From positions 1 through 56,303 of the forward strand of contig JAFCCO010000007.1 in NCBI GenBank assembly GCA_017610175.1: a DNA stretch of 56,303 bases. Reading direction: 5' to 3'. Position 1 is the stretch's first letter; each line of letters opens with the position of its first letter. The position numbers were made by a program, and so were the translations under genes. Under the pieces are notes generated by a model. The model did no database searches. It saw nothing but the letters and a program-made list of their open reading frames with translations, and was not told the origin of the DNA. Positions 17,919 to 27,948 of the stretch are shown here, piece by piece. The stretch is from Candidatus Iainarchaeum sp. GTDB lineage: Archaea > Iainarchaeota > Iainarchaeia > Iainarchaeales > GCA-2688035.

Positions 17919-18805
17919 GCCTTACATCAATAATCATCCTGAACTGGAACGGAATCGACTTTACAAAAGAGTGCATTGCCTCGCTGTACAATCTCACAAA
18001 GGAAAAGTTTGAAGTAATTGTAGTGGATAACGGAAGCAAGTCCGGCGAGATAACGGAATTGAGGGCACTGAAGAAAAAAGGACTTATTAAAAAGCTGATT
18101 GAAAACAAATCCAACATCGGATTCAGTGCGGCAAACAACCAGGGATTGAGAAAGGCAAAAGGAGATTATCTGCTGCTGCTGAACAACGACACAATTGTAA
18201 CAAAGGGATGGCTAAGCGAAATGATTAAGGCCACCAAAGCAGATCCAAGCATAGGAATTGTAGGACCGCATCTCCCTGAAAGCGAGGGAAGCGAAACCAT
18301 TTATGGCGGGGGCTTTGTGGACGTGAGTGGGGTTGCAAGGCACAGTTTCAACAAGAATGCAAGCGAAGCTGAACAGGTTGGCGGCGCGGCAATATTCTTC
18401 AAGAGAGAAGTGTTTGAAAGAATCGGGGAGTTGGATGAGGGATTCAGCCCGATTTACTTTGAGGAAACAGACTACTGCAGCCGCGCCAGAAAAGCGGGCT
18501 TCAAGGTTTGGTTCACCCCAAAAAGCAAAGTAATCCATTTCGGATCAAAGATTACAAAAAAACAGCCAACAAGATGGTTATATGTTGTAATGAACAAAAA
18601 CAGGCTTCGCTACATGCTGCTACACTTCCCACTGTACAAGCTGCTGCTTGCAACTCCATTCGAGCTTGCAAGGGCATTGAAAAGCATTTTTACACTCAAA
18701 ATTCACTGGCTTGCAGAAGCACATCTCATCACACTGCGTAGTTTGGGCGAGATACTTGAAAAAAGAGCAAGGTACGGCAAGAAGAACCTGAAGGTGGTAA
18801 ATTGA
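17915..18805 (+). CDS. Glycosyltransferase family 2 (WbbL/rhamnosyltransferase-like)
   Basis: IIILNWN, VDNGS, NIGFSAANNQG, LLLLNND, YFEETD.C.R. Confidence 0.88.
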   Translation: MSLTSIIILNWNGIDFTKECIASLYNLTKEKFEVIVVDNGSKSGEITELRALKKKGLIKKLIENKSNIGFSAANNQGLRKAKGDYLLLLNNDTIVTKGWLSEMIKATKADPSIGIVGPHLPESEGSETIYGGGFVDVSGVARHSFNKNASEAEQVGGAAIFFKREVFERIGELDEGFSPIYFEETDYCSRARKAGFKVWFTPKSKVIHFGSKITKKQPTRWLYVVMNKNRLRYMLLHFPLYKLLLATPFELARALKSIFTLKIHWLAEAHLITLRSLGEILEKRARYGKKNLKVVN

Positions 18806-19902
18806 AGAAGATTTCAATCGTTCTCGGAACAAGGCCTGAAATCATTAAACTCGCAGAACTTATTAAGATCCTGAAAAGCAAAAAAGACATTGAAACAGAG
18901 ATTATTTTTACAGGACAGCACTACGACTACAACATGTACCGCGTGTTTATGGAAGAGCTTGCCCTGCCCAAACCAAACATTAACCTCGGAATTAACGGGG
19001 GAAGCAACGCCGAACAGGTTTCAGCCATGCTAAAAATTCTTTCCAGGCACTTTTCAAAAAATCACGCAGATATAGTTGTTGCACAGGGCGACACAAACAG
19101 CGTACTTGCGGCGGCAATGGCGGCATACTATTCGGGAATAAGGTTTGCTCACGTTGAAGCAGGTCTTAGAAGCTTCGACTGGAAAATGCCAGAGGAAGCC
19201 AACAGGGTTCTTGCAGACCAGCTTTCAAGCCTTGCATTTGCCCCGACAAAAGTGTCAGAGGGGCACCTGAAAAAAGGCGGCTGCAGGAAAGAAGCAATCT
19301 ATCTGACAGGCAACACAATTGTTGAAGCTGTTGAAAAGAACCTTGAGAGTTCGGGCAAGTCAAAAATCCTTGAAAAATTTGGGCTTGAAGCTGAAAAATA
19401 TGCGGTGTTAACAGCACACAGGCAGGAGTATGTTGACAAAAAAGAAAATTTGGAGGAATTGCTTTTCGCGCTGGAAAAAATAAGTGCAAAAATTGTTTTC
19501 CCCGCCCACCCGAGAACAATAAAGAACCTGAAAAAGTTCGGCTTGCGGGATAAAGCAAACAAAATTAAGAACCTGCAGATTGCAGAACCTGTCGGATACT
19601 TTGACTTTCTGCAACTTGCAAGCAACAGCATGTTTTTGCTAAGCGACAGCGGTGGAATCCAGGAAGAGGCAAGCGTTTACAAAAAATGGGTTATTGTCTT
19701 AAGGGACAACACCGAAAGGCCTGAAATTATAGGGAAGTTTGGATGCATAACAGGATACAACGCTGAAAAGATTCTGAAGGAAAGCCGCAAAATAATTGAA
19801 AACTATGCTGAAACAAAGAAACGCCTGAAGAAACTTGCTTCTCCGTTCGGGGATGGAACAGCAAGCAAAAAGATTGCAGACATTCTGGTGAAAAGCCTAT
19901 GA
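18802..19902 (+). CDS. wecB: UDP-N-acetylglucosamine 2-epimerase (non-hydrolysing)
   Basis: GTRPEIIK, TGQHYD, QGDT, HVEAGLRS, MPEE.NR, DSGGIQEEA, TERPE, GDG.AS. Confidence 0.95.
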   Translation: MKKISIVLGTRPEIIKLAELIKILKSKKDIETEIIFTGQHYDYNMYRVFMEELALPKPNINLGINGGSNAEQVSAMLKILSRHFSKNHADIVVAQGDTNSVLAAAMAAYYSGIRFAHVEAGLRSFDWKMPEEANRVLADQLSSLAFAPTKVSEGHLKKGGCRKEAIYLTGNTIVEAVEKNLESSGKSKILEKFGLEAEKYAVLTAHRQEYVDKKENLEELLFALEKISAKIVFPAHPRTIKNLKKFGLRDKANKIKNLQIAEPVGYFDFLQLASNSMFLLSDSGGIQEEASVYKKWVIVLRDNTERPEIIGKFGCITGYNAEKILKESRKIIENYAETKKRLKKLASPFGDGTASKKIADILVKSL

Positions 19903-20957
19903 GCAAACTAAATATCCTGTTTAACACATCACCCGGCGCATTCAAAGATGCGGGCGGGGGGGAAATACAGCTGCTTGAAACAAAAAGCGAGCTGGAAAAA
20001 GCAGGGCACTCCGTAACAATTCTCGAAAAAGAGAACTACAAGGTAAACTTTTCAGATTTTGACTTGTTTCACAACTTCAACATCCACCGGGACAACTACA
20101 ATTATGTAATAAAAGCAAAGAACGCAGGCCTGCCTGTTGCAATAAGCACCATTTATTGGCCCTCTCTAAAACACGCCCTGCTTTGGAACAGGGGAATTGT
20201 TTCGAAAACAAAAGCGGTTGCATCAGAGGGATTAAAGAGGCTGGACTTTTTTAGATTGGACAAGGTTGCAAAGATACTCGGCAATGCAGACGTTCTGCTC
20301 CCAAACAGCAAAGCGGAATCTGCTGTGCTTCAAACGCAATTTGGAATTGAGGAGAAAAAGATTCATGTTGTTCCAAACGGGGTTGAAAAAAGATTTGCAA
20401 ACGCAGCACCCGGTCTCTTTAACCAAAAATTCGGGCTAAGGGACTTTGTTCTCTATGTTGGGCGGGTTGAGGAAAGGAAAAACGTTATCGGGCTTGTGAA
20501 AGCATTGAAGAAAACAGGGCAAAAACTTGTTGTGATTGGAAATGCAACATCCAAAAGCAAGACTTATTATGAAAAGTGCGTGAATGAAGCCGCTGCAGAC
20601 ACTGTGTTCATTGAATCAATCCCGCACAACAGCAAGATGCTGGAAGCAGCTTACGCAGCATGCAAAGTATTTGCACTGCCAAGCTGGTATGAAACCCCTG
20701 GGCTTGCCGCACTGGAAGCGGGCCTTGCCGGCGCAAACGTCGTGGTAACAAACGAGGGCTGCACAGGAGAATACTTTGGTAAACATGTGCTTTACGCAAA
20801 CCCCTCGAGCATTGATGACATTAGGGTAAAGATTTTGGCCGCAATGAACAAGCCAAAGAGCAGGGATTTAAGCAATCACATTGAAAAAAACTTTTTGTGG
20901 AAAAATGCCGCAATTGAAACAATAAACGCATATGAAAGCATTAAACGATTGGAGTGA
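19899..20957 (+). CDS. Glycosyltransferase family 4
   Basis: GGGE, VGR...RKN, PSWYETPGLAALEA. Confidence 0.88.
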   Translation: MSKLNILFNTSPGAFKDAGGGEIQLLETKSELEKAGHSVTILEKENYKVNFSDFDLFHNFNIHRDNYNYVIKAKNAGLPVAISTIYWPSLKHALLWNRGIVSKTKAVASEGLKRLDFFRLDKVAKILGNADVLLPNSKAESAVLQTQFGIEEKKIHVVPNGVEKRFANAAPGLFNQKFGLRDFVLYVGRVEERKNVIGLVKALKKTGQKLVVIGNATSKSKTYYEKCVNEAAADTVFIESIPHNSKMLEAAYAACKVFALPSWYETPGLAALEAGLAGANVVVTNEGCTGEYFGKHVLYANPSSIDDIRVKILAAMNKPKSRDLSNHIEKNFLWKNAAIETINAYESIKRLE

Positions 20958-20973
20958 ACAAAAAACTATCAGC

Positions 20974-20996
20974 ATTGTACCAAAAACACTATATAA
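20974..20996 (+). promoter_or_regulatory. Promoter: ATTGTACCA box plus TATATAA
   Basis: Box 20974-20982; TATA 20990-20996; ATG 21031. Confidence 0.6.
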
Positions 20997-21030
20997 TTAG
21001 CGCAATTTGAATCTATTAGGACGAAACAAT

Positions 21031-22098
21031 ATGGATAAATACACTAAACCGAATTTGAAGCAGTTCAATCCCCTGAAAATACTCAACCACTGGGATGTTA
21101 TAAACAAAATTATCGAGGGAGAGAACACCCCCCCAATTACGGGAGAAATTGACTTAACCAACGCATGCAACCACCGGTGCGCATGGTGCACTTACGGCGA
21201 CCTCCGCACAAAAGGGGAAACCATTCCGATTGAAAGCATTAAGACCACAATAAAGGACCTTGCAGAAATGGGAACAAAAGCAATTACATTTACAGGAGGC
21301 GGAGAGCCACTTGTGCACAAGCACTTTGCAGAAATCATAAGATTCACGCATGAACAAGGGCTTGAGATTGGGCTTATTTCAAACGGCGGCAAACTAAACG
21401 AAGAGCTCTGCAAAGTCATTGTTGAAAACTGCAGCTGGATTAGACTAAGCCTTGACGCCGGCACAAATGAACTGCACCAGAAGCTTCATAACCCCGTTCA
21501 CCCAGGGGAGGACAATCTTGACAACATATTCAAAAACCTGGAACTTCTTGCAAAAATAAAGAAGGAAAAGGAGACCAATATTGAAATCGGAGCGGCTTAT
21601 TTGGTTGCGCCTGAAAACTTTCAGGAAATTGCATTGTGCACAGAACGCTCAAAGAAAGCGGGCGCACAGTACATTCAGATAAGGCCTGCCTACAACTACA
21701 AAGACTTCGATAAAAAATGCATCGACGGGATTAACGAAAACATTGTTGAGGCAAGGAAGTTTGCTTCAGATGAGTTTATGGTGATTCCCCTGCTTTACAG
21801 GTTTGACAAAATAGAGCGGTACGGAAGGAGTTACCACCAGTGCCTTGCACACAGGGTTAACGCAATCATTGGCGCCGATGCAAAAATGTATCTCTGCTGC
21901 CAGCTTAAGCTCAACCCAAAATTTGCTATTGGGGATTTGAACGAAAAAAGCGTTAAGGAAATTTGGAACAGCGAAGAAAGAAAGAAAATATGTGACAAAA
22001 TTGATGTTTCAAACTGCCCGCCCTGCAAGTACGACAAGTACAATGAAATTCTTGACTACCTCAATGACAAGGAAAGGCGCCACAAAAACTTTTTGTAA
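21031..22098 (+). CDS. Radical SAM protein with SPASM/twitch domain
   Basis: CNHRCAWC, TGGGEPL, ISNG, C-terminal C...CC...IG......IW...C..C. Confidence 0.88.
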   Translation: MDKYTKPNLKQFNPLKILNHWDVINKIIEGENTPPITGEIDLTNACNHRCAWCTYGDLRTKGETIPIESIKTTIKDLAEMGTKAITFTGGGEPLVHKHFAEIIRFTHEQGLEIGLISNGGKLNEELCKVIVENCSWIRLSLDAGTNELHQKLHNPVHPGEDNLDNIFKNLELLAKIKKEKETNIEIGAAYLVAPENFQEIALCTERSKKAGAQYIQIRPAYNYKDFDKKCIDGINENIVEARKFASDEFMVIPLLYRFDKIERYGRSYHQCLAHRVNAIIGADAKMYLCCQLKLNPKFAIGDLNEKSVKEIWNSEERKKICDKIDVSNCPPCKYDKYNEILDYLNDKERRHKNFL

Positions 22099-22113
22099 AG
22101 CGAGAGTGTTGTT

Positions 22114-22764
22114 GTGAAAACATTTGCAGTCATACCCGCTCTGAACGAAGAAAAAACAATTGCGGAAGTACTCAAAGGACTTATGCCCTATGCGTTTAAG
22201 ACAATCGTTGTTAACGACAATAGCACAGACAACACGGCAACCGCCGCAAAGAACGCGGGCGCAATCGTACTAACCAACAGCAAACGCGCAGGATATGAGA
22301 AATCGCTTGAAAGGGGAATTCTTGAAGCGGTTTCAAGAAAGGCAGATGCAATATTCACTTTTGACGCGGACGGACAGCACAGTGTAACCGACATTCCAAA
22401 AATGCTTGCCCCCATTGAAAAGGGAGAGGCAGACATTGTTGTCGGGGAAAGGGAGGAAAGATTCAGGAGGCCAAGCGAGGCGCTTTTCAAGCTCTATTTT
22501 AAGGGTAAAACAGGACTCAACGACCCCGTGTGCGGACTGAAAGCATACAACGCAGAGGTATTCAGAAAAATTGGGTTCTTTGACAGGGTTGGTTCAATCG
22601 GGACAGAAATTGTGCTGGTTGCAGCAAGAGCCGGTTTTAAAATTGCACAGAAAAAGATAAAGATAAGGGCGAGAAGAGATTCCCCCCGTTTTGGAAACAG
22701 GATAAGCGGAAACCTAAAAATGGTTGCAGGCCTGTTCAAATTAATCTTAAAATATGGTTTGTAA
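22114..22764 (+). CDS. Glycosyltransferase family 2 (DPM1/polyprenol-phosphate glycosyltransferase-like)
   Basis: IPALNEE, VND.STD, FDADGQH, D..CG.KAY. Confidence 0.85.
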   Translation: MKTFAVIPALNEEKTIAEVLKGLMPYAFKTIVVNDNSTDNTATAAKNAGAIVLTNSKRAGYEKSLERGILEAVSRKADAIFTFDADGQHSVTDIPKMLAPIEKGEADIVVGEREERFRRPSEALFKLYFKGKTGLNDPVCGLKAYNAEVFRKIGFFDRVGSIGTEIVLVAARAGFKIAQKKIKIRARRDSPRFGNRISGNLKMVAGLFKLILKYGL

Positions 22765-22782
22765 GCAATTAAGGTGATGACA

Positions 22783-23829
22783 ATGAACTCAATAGATATT
22801 GGAAACAGGAAAATTGGAAAGGGAGAACCTACCTACATCATTGCAGAGATTGGCAGCAATTTTGACGGAAGCCTGGAGCAGGCAAAGAAACTGATTGACC
22901 TTGCAAAAGAATGCGGGGCAGATGCGGCAAAATTCCAGCACTTTACCGCAGAAAAAATACTGTGCAGGGAAGCATTCGAAGGATTGAAAACAAGCTTCCA
23001 GAAAAAATGGAAAAAACCTGTTTTCCAAGTGTACAAGGATTCGGAATTTCCAAGGGAGTGGACCAAAGAGCTTGCAGATTACTGCAGGGAAAAGGAAATT
23101 GATTTTCTCTCAGCCCCGTATGACAAAGAGGCAGTGAACCTTCTTGAGGAGGTGGGAGTGAAATTTTTCAAGATTGGTTCGGGCGAAGTTACAAACCCAA
23201 AGTTTTTGAAGTATGTTGCAGAAAAAGGAAAGCCAATTGCAATGGCTGTTGGCTCAACAACAATGGAAGAGATAGAGGAAGCTGTAAATGCAATAAAGGA
23301 AACAGGAAATGAAAACATTTTGCTAATGCAGTGCGTTACAAACTACCCATCCCCCCTGGAGGATGCAAACATCAGAGTTATTGAGACACTTGCAGAAAAG
23401 TTTAAGGTTCCGGTTGGGTACTCCGACCACACACCGGGAACTCTTGTTCCTGTTGCTGCGGTTGCGATGGGAGCCTCAATAATCGAAAAACACTTCACTT
23501 TCGACACCTCCAGAACAGGCGCAGACCACAGCTATGCGCTTGATACAGATGTGTTTGCAAAGATGGTAAAAGAAATACGGGAGCTTGAAAAAGCACTTGG
23601 GGATGGCATCAAAAAGATACAACCAAGTGAAAAAGACACACAAATACTGCAGAGAAGGGGTATTTTCGCGGCTAAAAACATAAAGTCCGGCGAAAAGGTA
23701 ACCGCTGAAATGCTTGCAGTCCTAAGGCCCCAGCACGGCCTAAAGCCCAAATTTTTCGATGAAGTGGTGGGAAAGGAAGCAAAAAAAGACATTAAGAAAG
23801 GCGACCCTGTCACCTGGGACAATGTATAG
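22783..23829 (+). CDS. neuB: Nonulosonic acid synthase (NeuB/PseI/SpsE family) with C-terminal SAF domain
   Basis: IIAEIGSN.DG, GADAAKFQ, KIGSGE, GYSDHT, IEKHFT, DH, RR..FAAKNIK.GE. Confidence 0.9.
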   Translation: MNSIDIGNRKIGKGEPTYIIAEIGSNFDGSLEQAKKLIDLAKECGADAAKFQHFTAEKILCREAFEGLKTSFQKKWKKPVFQVYKDSEFPREWTKELADYCREKEIDFLSAPYDKEAVNLLEEVGVKFFKIGSGEVTNPKFLKYVAEKGKPIAMAVGSTTMEEIEEAVNAIKETGNENILLMQCVTNYPSPLEDANIRVIETLAEKFKVPVGYSDHTPGTLVPVAAVAMGASIIEKHFTFDTSRTGADHSYALDTDVFAKMVKEIRELEKALGDGIKKIQPSEKDTQILQRRGIFAAKNIKSGEKVTAEMLAVLRPQHGLKPKFFDEVVGKEAKKDIKKGDPVTWDNV

Positions 23830-23838
23830 GTGTTTTTG

Positions 23839-24597
23839 GTGAGCGAAAAAGCGGTTGCAATAATTCAGGCAAGATTTTCCTCAACAAGGCTCCCTGGAAA
23901 GGTTCTGAAAAAGCTTGCAGGCAAGGAAATGCTATGGCATGATGTTGAACGGCTGAAACAATGCAAAAACCTCAGCGAAGTTGTTATTGCAACAAGCACA
24001 TCAAAAGAGGACGATGCAATCGAGGAGTTTGCAAAGAAAAATAACTACAGTTTATTTCGCGGAAGTGAGAACGACGTGCTTTCAAGGTATGCGGGAGCTG
24101 CAGAAAAATTCAACGCCAAGACAGTTGTAAGAATTACTTCAGACTGCCCGCTTGTCTCCCCCAAAATTGTTGACAGGACAATTGAGCTTCACTTCAGCTC
24201 CAAAGCAGACTACACTAATGCAAACAGGCTTGAAAAAACTCTGCCGCGCGGGGAAGAGGTGGAAGTTTTTTCACGGGAACTGCTTGAAACTGCGGCGAAG
24301 AATGCTTCAAAGCAATCGGAGAAGGAACACGTTACCGTTTATTTCTACCACTCCCACCCTGAAGACTTCAAAATTGTTTCATTTAAGGGGGCGGGCAAAA
24401 TTGCAAGGCCTGAGCTGAGGCTGACCGTTGACACAAAGGAAGACTTTGCAATGCTTAAAGCAATTTACAACGCACTCTACAAACAGGGGGAAATAATTTC
24501 TCTCGAAAATGCGATAGACTTCCTTGACAAGCACCCTGAAGTAAAGGCACTCAACAAGGATGGTGAGCAAAAGTTTGTTGAGGGAAAACAGTACTAG
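23839..24597 (+). CDS. spsF: Nonulosonate cytidylyltransferase (SpsF/PseF-like)
   Basis: IIQAR.SSTRLPGKVL, GSENDVLSRY, RITSDCP, EHVT, RLTVDT.ED. Confidence 0.88.
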   Translation: MSEKAVAIIQARFSSTRLPGKVLKKLAGKEMLWHDVERLKQCKNLSEVVIATSTSKEDDAIEEFAKKNNYSLFRGSENDVLSRYAGAAEKFNAKTVVRITSDCPLVSPKIVDRTIELHFSSKADYTNANRLEKTLPRGEEVEVFSRELLETAAKNASKQSEKEHVTVYFYHSHPEDFKIVSFKGAGKIARPELRLTVDTKEDFAMLKAIYNALYKQGEIISLENAIDFLDKHPEVKALNKDGEQKFVEGKQY

Positions 24598-25838
24598 GCC
24601 GGGTTCTTTTCAACCAAGCCCTTTTTGTAAAACTTGTTCACATAATTGAAAACATCTTCAAACTCAAGCCCGAGTTCCTCCGCAATGTCAAATACGCTTT
24701 GGTCCCCCTCAAGCCTGAGCATAATCTGCTCTATATTGCGGTTCAACTCCCGGTTCTCTCTCCAGTCAACCCACAGGTCACATCCTGACAAAAACACCGG
24801 GCCCTTAAACTTCCTTTTGGGGGTGTAATCGCTGTCAATTACTTTCAGCATTTCCAAAACAAGATTCTTTGATTCAATCAATCTCTTTTCAGAAATAATG
24901 CTTGGGTTGTCGTCACTTGTGTGGTACTCAGGGTATGGCCACCTGCTCACTGAAATCATCGGAACATTAACCCCAGGGCCGTTAAACACCATTTCATCAT
25001 TTCCAACAACTTTTCTAAATGCGCCCTCGTTAAATCCCTTTAGCTTGCGCTTCATTACACTGCGCGCAATGCGGTCAAGCCTTGTATTACCCTGCCTTGT
25101 TAGCTGAAGCGCGTGAACATTACTATTGCCAAGCATTTCGAGGAACAAACCGTATTTTAGCTTTGGAATAATTTTTTCGTTTTGGCTTAAGTATGCAATT
25201 GAGCCGATTGTTTCAGGCAAGATCAGAAACTTGTAGGTGAAGTGGTTCTTTCTTTTGCTTAGATCCTTTGCAATGTCGACCAGAACCGCAACCCCAGCCA
25301 AATCATCGTTTACCTGCGCAGGATGGCAAATGTGCCCAACAAGAACAATTGTTTTATCTGTCTCCCCCTTAATTGTGTACTCACCAACTTTCAAGGAGCC
25401 TTTTTCAAACTTTGAATCAATGAAAACTTTGAATTCACTGCCCTTAAAGTTTTTGAGCTTGTTGTGCTCTATGCAAAAACCCCAGTCCTTCTCATAGTAC
25501 TTGAACTCGAACGGGATTGCGCCAGGCCTCTTTGGGTTTGAGTGCAGGTGCGCCATCAATTCCTCTTTTGAAACAACCCTGTCGATTGGAAGTGAATATG
25601 AAAGAATGTGAAGCGGGTGGTCCTTAAGGTCAAGAAGCCTTTTCCCCTTTGAGTCCTCAATGTACGCTTCGTTAACGCTCCACTTTTCAGGAACTGTCCA
25701 GGTCCAGCACTTTGTCCCGCAGGGAATTGAGTGAATTTTTAGCGGAATTATTCTCCCGATGTATTCAAGCGACCGGTCAAGCCCATCCGAAATCAAATCA
25801 CGCCTTGAAAACCAAAGGTCTTCGATTAACTTCATCAT
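24594..25838 (-). CDS. DUF4910/DUF2172 aminopeptidase-like polysaccharide-biosynthesis protein with C-terminal winged helix
   Basis: WTVP.KW, P..F.YYEKDWGFC, HICHP...NDDLAG, PETIGSIAY, DE, PYPEYHTSDD. Confidence 0.82.
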   Translation of the reverse strand: MMKLIEDLWFSRRDLISDGLDRSLEYIGRIIPLKIHSIPCGTKCWTWTVPEKWSVNEAYIEDSKGKRLLDLKDHPLHILSYSLPIDRVVSKEELMAHLHSNPKRPGAIPFEFKYYEKDWGFCIEHNKLKNFKGSEFKVFIDSKFEKGSLKVGEYTIKGETDKTIVLVGHICHPAQVNDDLAGVAVLVDIAKDLSKRKNHFTYKFLILPETIGSIAYLSQNEKIIPKLKYGLFLEMLGNSNVHALQLTRQGNTRLDRIARSVMKRKLKGFNEGAFRKVVGNDEMVFNGPGVNVPMISVSRWPYPEYHTSDDNPSIISEKRLIESKNLVLEMLKVIDSDYTPKRKFKGPVFLSGCDLWVDWRENRELNRNIEQIMLRLEGDQSVFDIAEELGLEFEDVFNYVNKFYKKGLVEKNPA

Positions 25839-26842
25839 TTCCAGTACCCCTTAAGGCTCTTCATGTCAACCACTTTGTGCTTTGAACTGCTTTGGTAGCT
25901 TGCTTCAATTACTGCAAGTGCGTTAAGCCCTTCCCTGAAGCCTGTTTCCACCTTGTCCTTTCCGCGCATTGCCTTGCAGAACTCGCGCAGTTCCTCGTCA
26001 ATGCTGTCGGTTTTCCTGAATTTAACAGGCTTTGGCTTTGAGTGGATGTATCTCCCTTTCTTTGTGGTGTCACGACCCATTCTAAGCAATAGCTTGTCCC
26101 GGTCAATGTAAATTGCACCTTCTGTCCCGTAAATTGTGCAAATCTTTTCGCTTGGCATGTTGTAATTTGACTGCAGGAAAACCGTTGCGCCATTTTTAAG
26201 CGTCAAAAGCAGTGCATTGCAGTCCGGAGCCTGGGTCTTGCGGGTTAAATTGCTTATTACCGCACTAACCGACTTAACAGGCCCGAAAAGGTAGTGAATT
26301 ACGTCAATAAAGTGAATTCCAAGCGTTATTAACGGGCCTTCCCTGTGCCTTTTTGCACTCCACCTCCACTGGCTTGGCACAAACTTGAATGCCCCGCCGT
26401 GTGAAAAATTAAAGCTTACGTTAACAATCTTGCCGAGTTTCCCGCTGTCAATAATTTGCTTTGTTTTTCTGAAGCAGCCGTCCCTTCTCTTGTTGTGACC
26501 CGTCATGAAAACCTTTCTGTGTTTCTTAACAAGCGGCTTTAGTGCAAGGGTTGTTTTGTAAAGGTTTGTGACCGGCTTTTCAACAAAAATGTGCTTGCCT
26601 GCCTTGATTGCTTTCTTAATGAATTCAGTGTGCATGTCGTTTGGGGTTGCGATGATAACTCCGTCCACTTCGTTGATTGCTTTCTTCAAATCAGAGGTTC
26701 CCTTTTTCGGGTGGAACTTTTTTGCCTTTGCCTCTTTTGGGTGGTAGCAGTAAACTATTTCGCAGCCGGGAATCTTTTCCACTTTGCTGAAAATTATTTT
26801 TCCAAAATTCCCGGTCCCAATAAGCGACAGTTTCAGAGTCAT
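25835..26842 (-). CDS. Gfo/Idh/MocA family oxidoreductase
   Basis: IGTGNFG, IATPND.H, GKHIFVEKP, GIHFID. Confidence 0.9.
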   Translation of the reverse strand: MTLKLSLIGTGNFGKIIFSKVEKIPGCEIVYCYHPKEAKAKKFHPKKGTSDLKKAINEVDGVIIATPNDMHTEFIKKAIKAGKHIFVEKPVTNLYKTTLALKPLVKKHRKVFMTGHNKRRDGCFRKTKQIIDSGKLGKIVNVSFNFSHGGAFKFVPSQWRWSAKRHREGPLITLGIHFIDVIHYLFGPVKSVSAVISNLTRKTQAPDCNALLLTLKNGATVFLQSNYNMPSEKICTIYGTEGAIYIDRDKLLLRMGRDTTKKGRYIHSKPKPVKFRKTDSIDEELREFCKAMRGKDKVETGFREGLNALAVIEASYQSSSKHKVVDMKSLKGYWK

Positions 26843-27858
26843 TTGCTTTCCCCTTTGGCAAGCTCTTCAAGAATTATGTCCGATTCGTCCAAGTTGCTCA
26901 GGCAACCCTTGCACTGCGGATTTTTTTCAAAGTTTCCATCCGCAAACGAACGCCTCAGTGCCTGCATTTTTTCGTTATTCCAGGCTTTTGCCATGCTCTC
27001 CTCTTTTATGTTGCCGTAAATTAATTCTCCCTCAAAGTCCTCTGAACAAATGGTGTACTTTCCGTCAAATGTTACAATTATTCTGTTCCAGAGAAGGTCG
27101 CAGAACCTTTTCTCGCTGTGCATTGAAGCCATTCTTTTCCTGATCCTTTCAGGAACAAGCTCAACAAATTCCTGATCCTGGTGCCCTGACTGGTTTGTTG
27201 CAACAGAAATAAGCATCTCGTCAATTATGCCGCCCCAAAACTTCTTAACCTCTTTAAGCTCAGAATAATTTTCATTTGTCAGCACAAAAGAGCCGTAGAT
27301 TTTCAGCTTGCTTTTTCTCTCGTCGCGCTCTTCCCTTAGCATCTTGATGTTTTTGTAAAGCAAGTCAAAGTTTCCGCCAGGCCTGAGCTTTTCATAAACC
27401 TCTTTGGATGTTGAGTCAATTGAGAACTTTATGCTGTCCAGCCCCGATTCAAAAATTCGGCCGATTTTGCCCTTGTCCAAAAGAACTCCATTGGTTGTGA
27501 TGTAAACATATCCAAAGCCCTTTTCCTTTGCAAGCTTGATGAAGTCAAAAATATGGTAGTGCAGAAAGGACTCGCCTGTTGTGTAAAGCCCAACCATTTT
27601 TATCCCGATTTCCTTTGCATTGTCAAGCACGGTGCCGTATGTTTCCATGCTCATGTATCCCTTTGGCCTTTTCATGAGGCGGTTTGTGCACATTATACAC
27701 TTTAGGTTGCAGGCGTTTGTAACCTCAACCATTAGGTTCATTGGATATTTTGCTTTGAGCGGATAGCTGTCATCAACAGGTTTACTGCACACATTGAACA
27801 TATGGTTAATGCCCTTGTCAAAGTCCACTTTTTTCGGATTTTTTTCAGTATCAGTCAA
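26839..27858 (-). CDS. Radical SAM protein with SPASM domain
   Basis: EVTNACNLKCIMC, GES, TTNG, C-terminal C..LW...DG...IC..D...GN...W...C..C. Confidence 0.88.
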   Translation of the reverse strand: MTDTEKNPKKVDFDKGINHMFNVCSKPVDDSYPLKAKYPMNLMVEVTNACNLKCIMCTNRLMKRPKGYMSMETYGTVLDNAKEIGIKMVGLYTTGESFLHYHIFDFIKLAKEKGFGYVYITTNGVLLDKGKIGRIFESGLDSIKFSIDSTSKEVYEKLRPGGNFDLLYKNIKMLREERDERKSKLKIYGSFVLTNENYSELKEVKKFWGGIIDEMLISVATNQSGHQDQEFVELVPERIRKRMASMHSEKRFCDLLWNRIIVTFDGKYTICSEDFEGELIYGNIKEESMAKAWNNEKMQALRRSFADGNFEKNPQCKGCLSNLDESDIILEELAKGESK

Positions 27859-27914
27859 TTCAGGTCACAGCCGCAAGTCGGATAACTGGGTAGAAAACAT
27901 GTGTTTGGTCAGAT

Positions 27915-27946
27915 TTTTAATAGGTCTCATATGATGATTGCACCAA
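27915..27946 (-). promoter_or_regulatory. Promoter: TTGGTGCAAT box plus TATTAAAA (minus strand)
   Basis: ATTGCACCA at 27937-27945 on +; minus-strand TATA 14 nt downstream, the same spacing as at aglB. Confidence 0.5.
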
Positions 27947-27948
27947 AA